Translations under genes and position numbers: made by a program
The notes under the pieces: model-generated
Told to the model about the DNA's origin: nothing
Seen by the model: only the letters and a program-made list of their open reading frames with translations
Database searches by the model: none
Part shown: piece after piece, positions 10,374-20,046 of the stretch
Layout: every line of letters begins with the position of its first letter
How positions within the stretch are numbered: the stretch's first letter is position 1
DNA from: Fluviicoccus sp.
GTDB lineage: Bacteria; Pseudomonadota; Gammaproteobacteria; Pseudomonadales; Moraxellaceae
Length of the DNA stretch: 60,682 nt
Assembly: GCA_041912575.1 (NCBI GenBank)
Contig: JAYRMT010000001.1
Location: 1 to 60,682, forward strand
Direction of reading: 5' to 3'

Positions 10374-10465
10374 GGCGAAACTCGACTCAGGATAGGACCT
10401 GACTTGGAGTGTAGACCATGCGACTTGTTACAGGGGGTGAACAAACCCGGTTGGAAAAGCGGCGT

Positions 10466-11398
10466 TTAACGTCCCGGAGACACGACGCCGTGAGCCAGCC
10501 AGCGCCCGCCGCGCGTCAGGGCCTCGTTGGCTTCGGGAATCAGTGGCGCCAGCATGCCCCACGCGTGCCACATGCCCTGCCACACTTCCAGATGGAAAGG
10601 CACGCCATGCGTGCGGAACCGGTACTCCAGCGTCCGGCTGTCGTCCAGGAAGATTTCCTCGCTACCGACCTGCGCATACACCGGCGGCAGCCCCGACGGG
10701 TCCGCGTGCACCGGCGACATCAGCGGATCGGTCGGATCGCCTCCTCCCCGGTAATGGCGCGCAAACACCCGCTCCAGCCACTTGCGGCGACCGGGATGAC
10801 GTCCCAGGAAGGCATCGTAATGCCCGGGGTCGTGATAACTGCGTCCGGACAAGCCGACATCCAGCCAGGGCGAATGCAGGAAGACCCGTTCCGGCAAGGG
10901 CTCGCCATGATTGCGCAGCAGCTGGCACAACGCCAGCGACATGCCTGCGCCGGCCGATTCTCCGGCCAGCAGCAGGCCGGACACCGGATGACGTTCCTGC
11001 AAGGCCCGCCAGACCGCGTGCATGTCCTTCAGACCGGCCGGATAGGGATGCTTCGGGGCCAGCCGGTAGGAAGGAATGTAGACCCGCGCGAAGCCGCCCG
11101 CTTGCATCAGCCGCGCCGCCAGCGTCCGGTGAGTCCATGGCGAGCCGACGTTGTAGCCGCCGCCATGCAGGTAGACCACGCTGCGGTCATCGCCGCCCAC
11201 CATCCGCTGGTTGTGCACGACCAGCACGCGCCGACCAGCGATACGCTCGGTTTTCAGGGAGCAGCCGGACGGCAAGGGCTGCAACGCGGTCAGCGCCGGT
11301 TCCACCAGCGCGACGTGGGAGGGATGGCGCATCAGCCGCAATACGGGTTGCTGGGTGCGCAGGAATTGCCGGAACAGGCGGGCGGGAAGACTGATCAT
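10466..11398 (-). CDS. HSL-family esterase/lipase
   Basis: YLHGGGY, YRLAP, GESAG, SPWLD, GMWHAW. Confidence 0.9.
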   Translation of the reverse strand: MISLPARLFRQFLRTQQPVLRLMRHPSHVALVEPALTALQPLPSGCSLKTERIAGRRVLVVHNQRMVGGDDRSVVYLHGGGYNVGSPWTHRTLAARLMQAGGFARVYIPSYRLAPKHPYPAGLKDMHAVWRALQERHPVSGLLLAGESAGAGMSLALCQLLRNHGEPLPERVFLHSPWLDVGLSGRSYHDPGHYDAFLGRHPGRRKWLERVFARHYRGGGDPTDPLMSPVHADPSGLPPVYAQVGSEEIFLDDSRTLEYRFRTHGVPFHLEVWQGMWHAWGMLAPLIPEANEALTRGGRWLAHGVVSPGR

Positions 11399-11482
11399 GT
11401 CGCCATCATGGCAAAGAAAGCGCCGGGTGGCGAGGCGCGAATGCTGCCAGCCGCCATGCAGATACTGCCAACTCCTGCCGTT

Positions 11483-12481
11483 TTACCCCTGTGACAGATA
11501 CTCCGAGGGCGGAACGCCGAACCAGCGCTTGAAAGCGCGCCGAAAGGCGGTGGCTTCCTGGTAACCCAGCGAGACGGCGACCGAATCGACGGTATGTCCG
11601 GGGGCGCGCAGCAGTTCAATCGCCTGTCGCGCCAGTTCACGGTCCAGCAGGTCCTGATAGGACGTCTGCTCTGCCTTGAGATGGCGCATCAACGTACGCG
11701 GGGAGACGTGGAAATGATCGGCCACTTCGGCCAACGCCCACAACTTGCCGGGATGCTGTTGCAGCAGGTGCAGGATGCGGGCGCTCCAGTTCTCGCCGCG
11801 ATCGGCCTTCATCGCCTGCTCCAGTTGCTCGCATTGCGCCACGGCTTGCCGGTACAACGGCAGGTCGCGGAACGGATTGGGCTGGGTCAGCAGCGATAGC
11901 GGGATGGATACCCGCGTCTCATCGGACTGGAAGTGACAGGGACTGTGCAGGAAGCGGCCATACTCCCCGGCATGTGCCGGGGCGGGACCGGCGAAATGGT
12001 ACTGCGCCTCGCGCAATTTGCGGCCGATGATCAGCTCGATGCCGCGCTGGATGGTCACCACCATGGCCTCGGTGAGCATGCGCGCCAGCAACACGTTTCC
12101 GGTCTGGATGTCGAGGCACAGTTCCAGGCTGTCCGCCGTGAACCGGCGCCGCATGGCTACCAGCGGTACGCGCAACGCATGATAGCGTTCCAGCGCCTCC
12201 CAGGCGTCACCCAGGGTCGGACTGCACGCCAGCAACTGTCCCAAGGGCCCGTGCGCCGCCACGGAAAGGCGGCTGCTCACTTCCAGCGCGAAGGTCGGAC
12301 GGCCGGATAAGGAGATGGCATTGCACAGGATCGTCGCCTGCTCGTCGGCGCTGATCGCCTGGTCCAGCGCCAGCAGATCCGCCGGACCGAGTCGCGTGCC
12401 CGCCAGCAACGCGCGCTGGCCGGCCTCGTCCAGCCGCAATTCGCGGGCGATCAGGCGGGAATAGGTGACGGGATAATGCAT
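11483..12481 (-). CDS. AraC family transcriptional regulator (OruR-like)
   Basis: HGPLG N-terminal motif; C-terminal HTH with SPRTLMRHL and LGYQEATAFRRAFKRWFGVPP. Confidence 0.92.
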   Translation of the reverse strand: MHYPVTYSRLIARELRLDEAGQRALLAGTRLGPADLLALDQAISADEQATILCNAISLSGRPTFALEVSSRLSVAAHGPLGQLLACSPTLGDAWEALERYHALRVPLVAMRRRFTADSLELCLDIQTGNVLLARMLTEAMVVTIQRGIELIIGRKLREAQYHFAGPAPAHAGEYGRFLHSPCHFQSDETRVSIPLSLLTQPNPFRDLPLYRQAVAQCEQLEQAMKADRGENWSARILHLLQQHPGKLWALAEVADHFHVSPRTLMRHLKAEQTSYQDLLDRELARQAIELLRAPGHTVDSVAVSLGYQEATAFRRAFKRWFGVPPSEYLSQG

Positions 12482-12540
12482 GGGTCCGGGCCCTTCGCGA
12501 CGGGGGATCAGGTCCCGAGACTACGCGCTAATGCCGGGCT

Positions 12541-12583
12541 TGTCACTTTCTGCATGGGTAATGACATCTGTCACCCTTTCGCA
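12541..12583. promoter_or_regulatory. Candidate AraC-family operator repeats
   Basis: TGTCACTTTCTGCA and TGTCACCCTTTCGCA imperfect direct repeats in the divergent intergenic region. Confidence 0.35.
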
Positions 12584-12636
12584 CCTGCCGGATTTCACGC
12601 ATGATCGGTACGATTCCCCCACCCCGAGATCCGGTC

Positions 12637-13515
12637 ATGACCGCCAGCATCCCCGTTCGCTTCGTTACCGAACACACTGCCACCATCAGCGCCATGCTGC
12701 TGGGCGGCGCGCGCTCCGTACTGCCCTTCGTCAGGAAGCACCAGTCCGGCGTTACGGTCAGCCGTCGCCTGGCCTCGCCCTCTGCCCCGCTGGTGGAGGC
12801 GTTCAATCTCTGGTCGGGCGTGACCCGGCCGGACGGCTACCTGCCGCCGCCGCTGCTGGTCAGCCAGACCGCGCTGGCCGTGGTGTCGGAACTGACGGCG
12901 AAATGCCCTTACCCGCTGCTCGGCGTGCTCAATCAGGGGCTGCGTCTGGTCATCCGCCAGCCGCTGCCGATCGGCGAGCCGCTGACGGTGTCCGGCGAAC
13001 TGGTGGACGCTTCGGACGACGGCTATCGCGCGCGCATCCACTCCCATGTGGTGGTCGGTTCGGCCAGCCAGCCGGACGCGCTGCACATCGACGCCTATGC
13101 CGCCGTGGTGTTGAAGAAGCGCCCTGACGAAGGCAAGGAAAAGCGCACCGAACCCGCCTGGGAAACGCTGGCGCACTGGCAGGCCGGACCGGACGAAGGC
13201 GTGAAGTTCTTTCTGCTCACCGGCGACTTCAACCCGATCCACACCCTGCCCGCCGTGGCCCGCCGCACCCGTTTCAAGGGCTGCATCATGCATGGCTACG
13301 GCGCGTTCTCGCAGATTTACGCCGCCATCCAGAACAGCGGCGTGACGATCACGGAAATCGAGACCCGATTCGTGAAACCGCTGCCGTTGCCGAGCCCGGA
13401 CCTGTTGATCCAGACCGCGCCCGCCAATGCGGACGGCAGCGTCCCGTTCCGTCTGACCGACGTGCAGGGCAACCTGTACCAGGTCGGCAGCTACCTGCCG
13501 GTGGAGGCCCTGTGA
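12637..13515 (+). CDS. MaoC-like (double hot-dog) acyl dehydratase
   Basis: LTGDFNPIH hydratase motif, IMHG, RFVKPL. Confidence 0.85.
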   Translation: MTASIPVRFVTEHTATISAMLLGGARSVLPFVRKHQSGVTVSRRLASPSAPLVEAFNLWSGVTRPDGYLPPPLLVSQTALAVVSELTAKCPYPLLGVLNQGLRLVIRQPLPIGEPLTVSGELVDASDDGYRARIHSHVVVGSASQPDALHIDAYAAVVLKKRPDEGKEKRTEPAWETLAHWQAGPDEGVKFFLLTGDFNPIHTLPAVARRTRFKGCIMHGYGAFSQIYAAIQNSGVTITEIETRFVKPLPLPSPDLLIQTAPANADGSVPFRLTDVQGNLYQVGSYLPVEAL

Positions 13516-14822
13516 TGAGCGCGATTCCCTTCGAGAACCAGCCCGTCTTCGTCGAGGGCGTGCGCACACCCTTCCTGGACAGCGCCGGGGCCTATTCCCC
13601 GTTGATGAGTTATGAACTGGGCGCGCGCGCCATCGCCGCGCTGATGGATCGCGCGCATGTCGATCCGCACCATCTGGGCCTGGTGGTGATGGGCACCGTG
13701 CTGCACGAGATCAACACCACCAACGTGGCGCGCGAGTGCATGCTCGCCGCCGGTCTTCCGAGCACCATTCCGGCCTACACGGTGGCGATGGCGGGCATTT
13801 CCCCGAGCGTGGGCGTGGCGAACCTGTGCGACATGATCAGCCTGGGCCGCATTGAGATGGGCATTGCAGGCGGTACTGAGAACTTCTCCGACGTGCCGGT
13901 TCGCCTGTCGCAGAACGTACGCCGCAGCCTGATGAAGATCCGCCAGAGCCGTTCGACCCAGGACCGCCTGAAAGTGCTGGGCTCGCTGCGGCCGCGCGAC
14001 CTGATGCTGGATGTGCCGACCAGCTCCGATTTCACCACCAAGCTGACCATGGGCGAGGCCTGCGAGGCCATGGTGCGCAAGTTCGGCATGACCCGTGAGG
14101 CCAGCGACGCCTACGCGGCGGAAAGCCATGCGCGCGCCATCGCCGCCACGGCGGCAGGCGTCTACGCAGAACAGATTGCGCCGGTGTTTGTGGATGGCGT
14201 GAACGTCACCGAGGACAACACCGCGCGCGCTGACGCGACGGTGGATACGTTGGGCAGGCTGAAGCCGGTGTTCGACCGCGAGCACGGCGTGATTACCGCC
14301 GGGAACAGTTCGCGCTTCTCCGACGGCGCGGGCGCGTTGCTGCTGGCCAGCCGGTCGGCCGCCGAAAAGGCCGGGCTGCATGCCCGCGCGGTGATCCGCG
14401 ATTACCAGTTCGCCGGGGTGGAAAGCCTGGAAACGGAAATGCTGCTGGGTCCGGCGATGACGATTCCGCGCCTGCTGCAGCGCAATGGTCTGGGCTTTGA
14501 CGATATCGACGTCTGGGAAATCCACGAAGCCTTCGCCACGCAGATCCTGATCAATCGCCAGTGCCTGGCCTCGCGCGAGTTCGTGACGCAACGCTTCGGT
14601 GCGGAATTCCCGCACGGCGACATTCCGCTCGACAAACTGAATATCTGGGGCGGATCGCTGTCGATGGGCAATCCTTTTGCCGCCACCGGGGTGCGCCTGT
14701 TCCAGACCGCCGTGCAGCGCCTGCGCCAGACCGGCAAGCGCCATGCGGTGATCTCGACCTGCGCGGGCGGCGGACTGGGCGCGGCCTTCCTGCTGGAAAA
14801 CGCGCACCCGCATACCCACTGA
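13515..14822 (+). CDS. Thiolase-family protein (FadI/TFE-beta-like) with a non-canonical active site
   Basis: GVRTPF, NVARE, TAGNSS..SDGA, IHEAFA, CAGGG; but TVAMAGIS and GNPF replace MACIS and GHPF. Confidence 0.88.
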   Translation: MSAIPFENQPVFVEGVRTPFLDSAGAYSPLMSYELGARAIAALMDRAHVDPHHLGLVVMGTVLHEINTTNVARECMLAAGLPSTIPAYTVAMAGISPSVGVANLCDMISLGRIEMGIAGGTENFSDVPVRLSQNVRRSLMKIRQSRSTQDRLKVLGSLRPRDLMLDVPTSSDFTTKLTMGEACEAMVRKFGMTREASDAYAAESHARAIAATAAGVYAEQIAPVFVDGVNVTEDNTARADATVDTLGRLKPVFDREHGVITAGNSSRFSDGAGALLLASRSAAEKAGLHARAVIRDYQFAGVESLETEMLLGPAMTIPRLLQRNGLGFDDIDVWEIHEAFATQILINRQCLASREFVTQRFGAEFPHGDIPLDKLNIWGGSLSMGNPFAATGVRLFQTAVQRLRQTGKRHAVISTCAGGGLGAAFLLENAHPHTH

Positions 14823-14829
14823 GTGACAT

Positions 14830-14861
14830 GTGTTCCGGGCGGAGCGCTCCGCCCGGAACAC
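14830..14861. repeat. Perfect 32-bp palindrome between convergent genes
   Basis: GTGTTCCGGGCGGAGC|GCTCCGCCCGGAACAC. Confidence 0.8.
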
Positions 14862-14868
14862 CGGACGC

Positions 14869-16527
14869 TTATTGCAGGGTGAAGGCGATGCCAGAGGCGC
14901 TGCCGTTGCGGAGATCCGCCCGGGCGGTCAGCCACTGGGTATGCACCCGCATCGGATGCGCCGAGCTCCAGGCCCGGACAAACAGGCTGTACACCGCGCC
15001 CGGCCTCGGCGTCGACGTACTGCCGCCCGGGATGTTGCTGACCGTGAACGCACCGCCGGTGCCTCCGGCCTGCGCCAGCACGCTGTCGAGCGGCATCGTA
15101 CTGATCACGGCGCCGCGCCGGGTCACCACCACATAGCCCTTGTCATAGGTCCCGGCCGTCTGGGTGATCGTGCCGGAGATACTGTCACCGGTCGCGCCGG
15201 CCACCGGGGTCAGCGCCGGGAAGGTCACCATGGTCGTCGCTCCCACCATCGGAGTCACGGTCGTGGTCGCGGCGGTCGCGGTGAACCAGGGTGCGCGCGC
15301 CAGCGCCTGGAACGAGCCCGCGCCCTCCTGCGGATCGGTTTCCGTCAGGCTCACATCGCCGCCCGGCGTGAAGTTACCGTATTGCAGCTTGCCCGACGAC
15401 AGTTCGAGATCATTGGTGAAATTGCCGGTGTAGGGGTTGGCATTGCGGAAGCGCACCTCATAAGGCACTTCCGGCCCGGACACGACCGGCAGGGTCTGGT
15501 AGAAATCCACCCACCCGCCGGTGGGCACCAGGCCGCCCGTGGCCAGATTCGCCGCGTACTCTGTCGAAGCCTTGACCGGCAAGGGGTTCAGGGTCAGCAC
15601 GGTGGCGTTGTGGGTCGCATCCGACCCCTGGGTCACGGTCACGCCCTTGATGATGGTGGTCTCGATGTTGCGGCCGCGCACCACTACGTCCACGGTGTCG
15701 CTCGTCGAGGACACGGGCACCGGGAACAAGGTGAAACTGCCGTCGGGCCGCACGCCGGTTTCCCGCACGACTTCGTGGCGCGTACCGTCCGCATCCAGCT
15801 TTTCCGCCTTGATCACCAGATTGTAGCCACCCGCCGCCGTCAGCGACGCGGTGTCGATCCGCCCGTTGATGGCGCCGACATGATCCAGATCGAAGTAATG
15901 GAGATTCGGCTTCAAGGTGAAGGCCGGCGAACCGCCGTGCAGGAACTTCACGACATCGTTCTTGAGGTTGAAATCGAAAATCAGTCGCAGGGTCTTGCCC
16001 GCCGCCACATCGAAGCTGCCGCCCACGGCGATGCCGTCGCCCGGGGTCGGAATCTCCAGCGGCATGCTGATGCCGGTGCCGCCGAGGGTGAAGTCCACCT
16101 GATCGTTGTAATTCAGCGAGTGCGCCGCGGCGGAAGCGGTCAGGGCGTCATTCGAATCCGCCAGCACCAGACGGATCTGCTGGTAATGGCCCACCGGCAG
16201 CGCGATCTGGTTCAGGAAGTTGGCGATCTGGCCGGAGTTGAGCGTCGTGAGGTCCACCGTCATCGGTGTCGCCAGCGGATACTTCAACCAGCCCGCCTCA
16301 TCCGGTCCGGCGGCATCGCTGGTATGGAAACGGATTTCCTTGATCGTCACCCAGACGTGATCAAAATCGGGGGTCGGCGCATCGGTCACGCCCACCTGGA
16401 CCGTGCCCGTCGCGGCAGCGGCCGTATCGGAACTGCCGCCTCCGCCGCCGCAGGCGGACAACAGGGACAGACTGAGCAGGGTGAGCGTGAATCCGGCCGC
16501 GCGAAGCGCGTGGGGTGCATGGCGCAT
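14869..16527 (-). CDS. DUF4382-domain lipoprotein
   Basis: Lipobox LSAC-GGGG; VTDAP...HVWVTIKEIR...LPVGHYQQIRLVL...FDFN...FTLKP. Confidence 0.8.
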   Translation of the reverse strand: MRHAPHALRAAGFTLTLLSLSLLSACGGGGGSSDTAAAATGTVQVGVTDAPTPDFDHVWVTIKEIRFHTSDAAGPDEAGWLKYPLATPMTVDLTTLNSGQIANFLNQIALPVGHYQQIRLVLADSNDALTASAAAHSLNYNDQVDFTLGGTGISMPLEIPTPGDGIAVGGSFDVAAGKTLRLIFDFNLKNDVVKFLHGGSPAFTLKPNLHYFDLDHVGAINGRIDTASLTAAGGYNLVIKAEKLDADGTRHEVVRETGVRPDGSFTLFPVPVSSTSDTVDVVVRGRNIETTIIKGVTVTQGSDATHNATVLTLNPLPVKASTEYAANLATGGLVPTGGWVDFYQTLPVVSGPEVPYEVRFRNANPYTGNFTNDLELSSGKLQYGNFTPGGDVSLTETDPQEGAGSFQALARAPWFTATAATTTVTPMVGATTMVTFPALTPVAGATGDSISGTITQTAGTYDKGYVVVTRRGAVISTMPLDSVLAQAGGTGGAFTVSNIPGGSTSTPRPGAVYSLFVRAWSSAHPMRVHTQWLTARADLRNGSASGIAFTLQ

Positions 16528-16738
16528 GGTGCAATCCTCTTGGCATGTTTGAATGGGGCGCATCGCCCCGCCGCCGCCGGACTTCCGGTCGGGATACGGT
16601 ATAAACGCCCGAGCCTCTCCGTGGACGACACCGGCTATGTAACGAAATGTAGCCGAGGCGATTCCTGTCCGGCTGCCCTTTCCCTCCCGGCCTGCTAGAC
16701 TGCCGCCAACCCAGCACGGCAAGGGATGGAAATCCGTC

Positions 16739-17404
16739 ATGATTACCCTGCACCACCTCAACAACTCCCGTTCGCAGCGCATCCTCTGGCTGCTGGAAGA
16801 ACTGGGTGTCCCTTACGAAATCCGTCACTACCAGCGTGACCGCAAAACGCAACTCGCGCCGCCGGAACTGAAAAAAGTGCATCCGCTCGGCAAGTCGCCG
16901 GTGATTACCGACGACGGCGTCACCGTGGCCGAGTCCGGGGCAATCATCGAATACCTGGTGCGCAAGTACGGGACGCAATTCCGCCCGGCCGAGGACAGCC
17001 CGGCCTTCCCGGATTACACCTACTGGATGCACTTCGCCGAAGGGTCGCTGATGCCGCCGCTGGTGATGAAGCTGGTTTTCGACAAGGTGCGCGAAGCGCC
17101 GGTCCCCTTTTTCATCAAGCCGGTGACCAAGGGTATTGCCGACAAGGTCATGTCGTCCTTTGTCGGGCCGAACATCCGCGGCAACCTGGATTTCATCGAG
17201 GCGCATCTGGCGAAGCATCCGTGGTTTGCCGGGGATGCGCTGAGCGGCGCGGACTTCCAGCTGAGCTTCCCGCTGGAAGCCGCGATGGCCGGGCGCGCCG
17301 CGGGCGGAAATTACCCGGCCATCAAGGCCTGGGTGAAGAAAGTGCAGGAACGTCCGGCCTACAAGCGCGGCCTCAAGGCGGGCGGACCGTATGACTACGC
17401 CTGA
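16739..17404 (+). CDS. Glutathione S-transferase
   Basis: [32 protein letters not shown]. Confidence 0.93.
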   Translation: MITLHHLNNSRSQRILWLLEELGVPYEIRHYQRDRKTQLAPPELKKVHPLGKSPVITDDGVTVAESGAIIEYLVRKYGTQFRPAEDSPAFPDYTYWMHFAEGSLMPPLVMKLVFDKVREAPVPFFIKPVTKGIADKVMSSFVGPNIRGNLDFIEAHLAKHPWFAGDALSGADFQLSFPLEAAMAGRAAGGNYPAIKAWVKKVQERPAYKRGLKAGGPYDYA

Positions 17405-17693
17405 TTCCTCCCCGGTGCGCCCTTCCGCCGACCCCCTTCAGGGATTGACGCTGGAGGCCCTGCTCACGCGGTTGGTCACGCTGTACGGCTGGCCGGAAAT
17501 GGCGCGCTTCGTGAAGATCCGCTGTTTCAGCCAGGACCCGAGTATCAAGTCCAGCCTCACCTTCCTGCGCCGCACGCCGTGGGCGCGCGCGGAGGTCGAA
17601 GCGCTCTACCGGCGCTTCGGCCATGAGGACTGGCTGGCTCATGAGCGCGAGCGCGCCGAAACCGGCAAGCCTGACGATACGACTTCGCGCTGA
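17391..17693 (+). CDS. VF530/DUF2132 family putative DNA-binding protein
   Basis: [15 protein letters not shown]...[26 protein letters not shown]. Confidence 0.85.
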   Translation: MTTPDSSPVRPSADPLQGLTLEALLTRLVTLYGWPEMARFVKIRCFSQDPSIKSSLTFLRRTPWARAEVEALYRRFGHEDWLAHERERAETGKPDDTTSR

Positions 17694-18010
17694 TTTCTTT
17701 TCAAAACAGCCGCTTACTCACCGCGCACTCACGGCAATTTGATTTTCAACGCCACATTTCCGTCGCCAATCTTCAAGCCCGCCCTATCCCCCTGCCCTAC
17801 AATGGCCTTGCACCCGAGCGTGCCTCCTCGTTTTTGATTCTCCTTAGGATTTTCCCCCATGGACGGGTTGCGACAAGCCCGTCCGCGCACCGGTCATCGG
17901 TCGAAAGGCCGGATTGTCCTGCACCCCAGGGTTGCCCCTTTTGCCGCAACGTCTAGGCTGAAGGGAACTGATTGTTCCGAACCCCACATTGATCCGATAC
18001 AGGTGAGTCC

Positions 18011-18778
18011 ATGCGCCGTTTGCCCGCCTTTGCCTTTTCGGCCCTGATGCTGCTGGCCCGCGCCCAGGCCGACCAGGCCGAAACCCTTGCCCAGGAAGCC
18101 GACAAGCGTCTGCACGGCTTCGGCGACGCCACCGCCGCCCTGCGCATGACGCTGGTCAGTCCTTCGGGCCAGACCGCCGAGCGGGCATTGCACGTCCAGA
18201 ACCTGGAACTGGGCGCCGAAGGCGACCGCAGCCTGATGGTTTTCGACACCCCGCGCGATGTCGCCGGAACGGCGCTGCTGACCCACACCAAACCCGGCGC
18301 GGACGACCTGCAATGGCTGTACCTGCCCGCGATCAGCCGGGTCAAACAGATTGCCGCCGGTAACAAGTCCGGGCCGTTCATGGGCTCGGAGTTCGCGTTT
18401 GAAGACATCGTGACGCCCTACTGGCAGAAATACGGCTACCGCTTCGTCCGCGATGAAAAATGCGAAGCGCTGACCTGCGCCGTCATCGAACGGACGCCCA
18501 AGGATCCCGCCTCCGGCTACACCCGCCAGCTGGTGTGGATCGACCGGCAGGATTACCTGATCCGCCGCATCGACTACTACGACCGCAAGAACGAACTGCT
18601 CAAGACCTATACCGCGACCGGTTTCCAGAAAATCAGCGGCAACTGGCGGCCGTCGTCGATGCTGATGGTCAACCAGCAGAACCGGAAACAGACCCGGCTG
18701 GACTGGTCGGACTACCGGTTCAAGACCGGTCTGGGCAAGGATGACTTCACCGAAAACGCACTGAAGCGGGCCCGCTGA
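18011..18778 (+). CDS. Outer-membrane lipoprotein-sorting (LolA-like) periplasmic protein
   Basis: Signal peptide; FDTPRDVAGTALL, QWLYLPA..RVKQI, FMGSEFAFED, IDYYD. Confidence 0.88.
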   Translation: MRRLPAFAFSALMLLARAQADQAETLAQEADKRLHGFGDATAALRMTLVSPSGQTAERALHVQNLELGAEGDRSLMVFDTPRDVAGTALLTHTKPGADDLQWLYLPAISRVKQIAAGNKSGPFMGSEFAFEDIVTPYWQKYGYRFVRDEKCEALTCAVIERTPKDPASGYTRQLVWIDRQDYLIRRIDYYDRKNELLKTYTATGFQKISGNWRPSSMLMVNQQNRKQTRLDWSDYRFKTGLGKDDFTENALKRAR

Positions 18779-20034
18779 TGAAGCGGCGGATTTGCATCAG
18801 CCTGCTGAGCCTGACCGTTCCGGTGTGCGCTCTCGCCGCACCCGATGTCAAGGCCGAAGCCGGTCTCGAGCTGACCGGCTACAGCCAATCGGGCGCGCAA
18901 GGGCAAACGCGGATGGATGCTTCGCTGCGCCTGCTCGGCCAGGCGGACTGGGCCTGGAACGGCCGTCAGGACCGTTTCACCCTGAAACCGTTCTACCGTG
19001 CCGATCGGCAGGATGACGAGCGCACCCACAGCGACCTGCGCGAAGCGGTGTGGACGCATGCTGCCGGAGAGTGGCAGCAACGTGCCGGCATCGGCCAGGT
19101 GTTCTGGGGCGTCACTGAAGGCGCGCATCTGGTCGATATCGTCAACCAGACCGACACACTGGAAAACCCCGAAGGCGACGCCCGGCTCGGGCAGCCGCTG
19201 GTGAACGCCGCCTGGGAACGGGACAGCCATCTGGTCGATGTCTTCGTGCTGCCGGGCTTCCGGACGCGGCCCTACGCCGGGTTTGACGGCCGCCTGCGCC
19301 TGCCGTGGGTGGTGGATACCGATCATCCCGCCTATGAATCCGGACGCGGCCGCCGCCATGTCGATATCGCCGCCCGCTACCAGTTCAGCCGTGACGGCGT
19401 GCGCCTGGGCCTGAGCGCCTTCCGGGGCACCTCCCGTGAGCCGGAACTGCGGCCCATGGTCGATTTCACGCAGTTCGGCCCCGGCGGCTTCGCACCGGGT
19501 TATCAGCCGGTGCTTCAACCCTACTACCCGCTGACCCGCCAGATAGGTCTGGACGCGCAGATCACGCGCGGCGACTGGCTGTGGAAGCTGGAAGCCATCG
19601 ACCGTGACGGCTTCGGCCCGGGTCGCTATCAGGCCGCCAACGCCGGTTTTGAATACACGCAGGTCGGCGTGTTCGGCAGCCGTTTTGATCTCGGCTGGTT
19701 AGGCGAGGGGCTGTACGACAGTCGTGACACGAAGGCAACGACCCCGTTCGCCCGCGACATCCTGCTCGGCTGGCGGCTGGCCTTCAACGATGCCGCCTCC
19801 AGCGATTTGCTGCTGGTGATCGTCCGCGATACCCGGCATCCCGAAAGCTACACGCGGCTCAAGGGCTCCACCCGGCTCAACGACCGCCTGCGGCTGTCAC
19901 TGGAGAGCCGCCTGATCCGCAGCCGTGACCCGCAGTCCGCTTTCGACCTGCTTGCCGGCGCGGACACCGATTACCCCCTGCGCAGTTTCGCCGACGACAG
20001 CCATGTCCGCGCGGAACTGACCTGGTACTACTAA
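18778..20034 (+). CDS. Putative outer-membrane beta-barrel channel
   Basis: Signal peptide; DLREA..., GIGQVFWGVTE..HLVDIVNQ; C-terminal aromatic LTWYY; sits between LolA-like and MMPL genes. Confidence 0.75.
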   Translation: MKRRICISLLSLTVPVCALAAPDVKAEAGLELTGYSQSGAQGQTRMDASLRLLGQADWAWNGRQDRFTLKPFYRADRQDDERTHSDLREAVWTHAAGEWQQRAGIGQVFWGVTEGAHLVDIVNQTDTLENPEGDARLGQPLVNAAWERDSHLVDVFVLPGFRTRPYAGFDGRLRLPWVVDTDHPAYESGRGRRHVDIAARYQFSRDGVRLGLSAFRGTSREPELRPMVDFTQFGPGGFAPGYQPVLQPYYPLTRQIGLDAQITRGDWLWKLEAIDRDGFGPGRYQAANAGFEYTQVGVFGSRFDLGWLGEGLYDSRDTKATTPFARDILLGWRLAFNDAASSDLLLVIVRDTRHPESYTRLKGSTRLNDRLRLSLESRLIRSRDPQSAFDLLAGADTDYPLRSFADDSHVRAELTWYY

Positions 20035-20046
20035 GGAAACCCGTTC

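Noticed and set aside
17885-17940. c-di-GMP-I riboswitch
   Set aside because: A GAAA-capped stem and GGGTTGCC are present, but GGCAAA, GACGCAAA and the P3 receptor stem are missing
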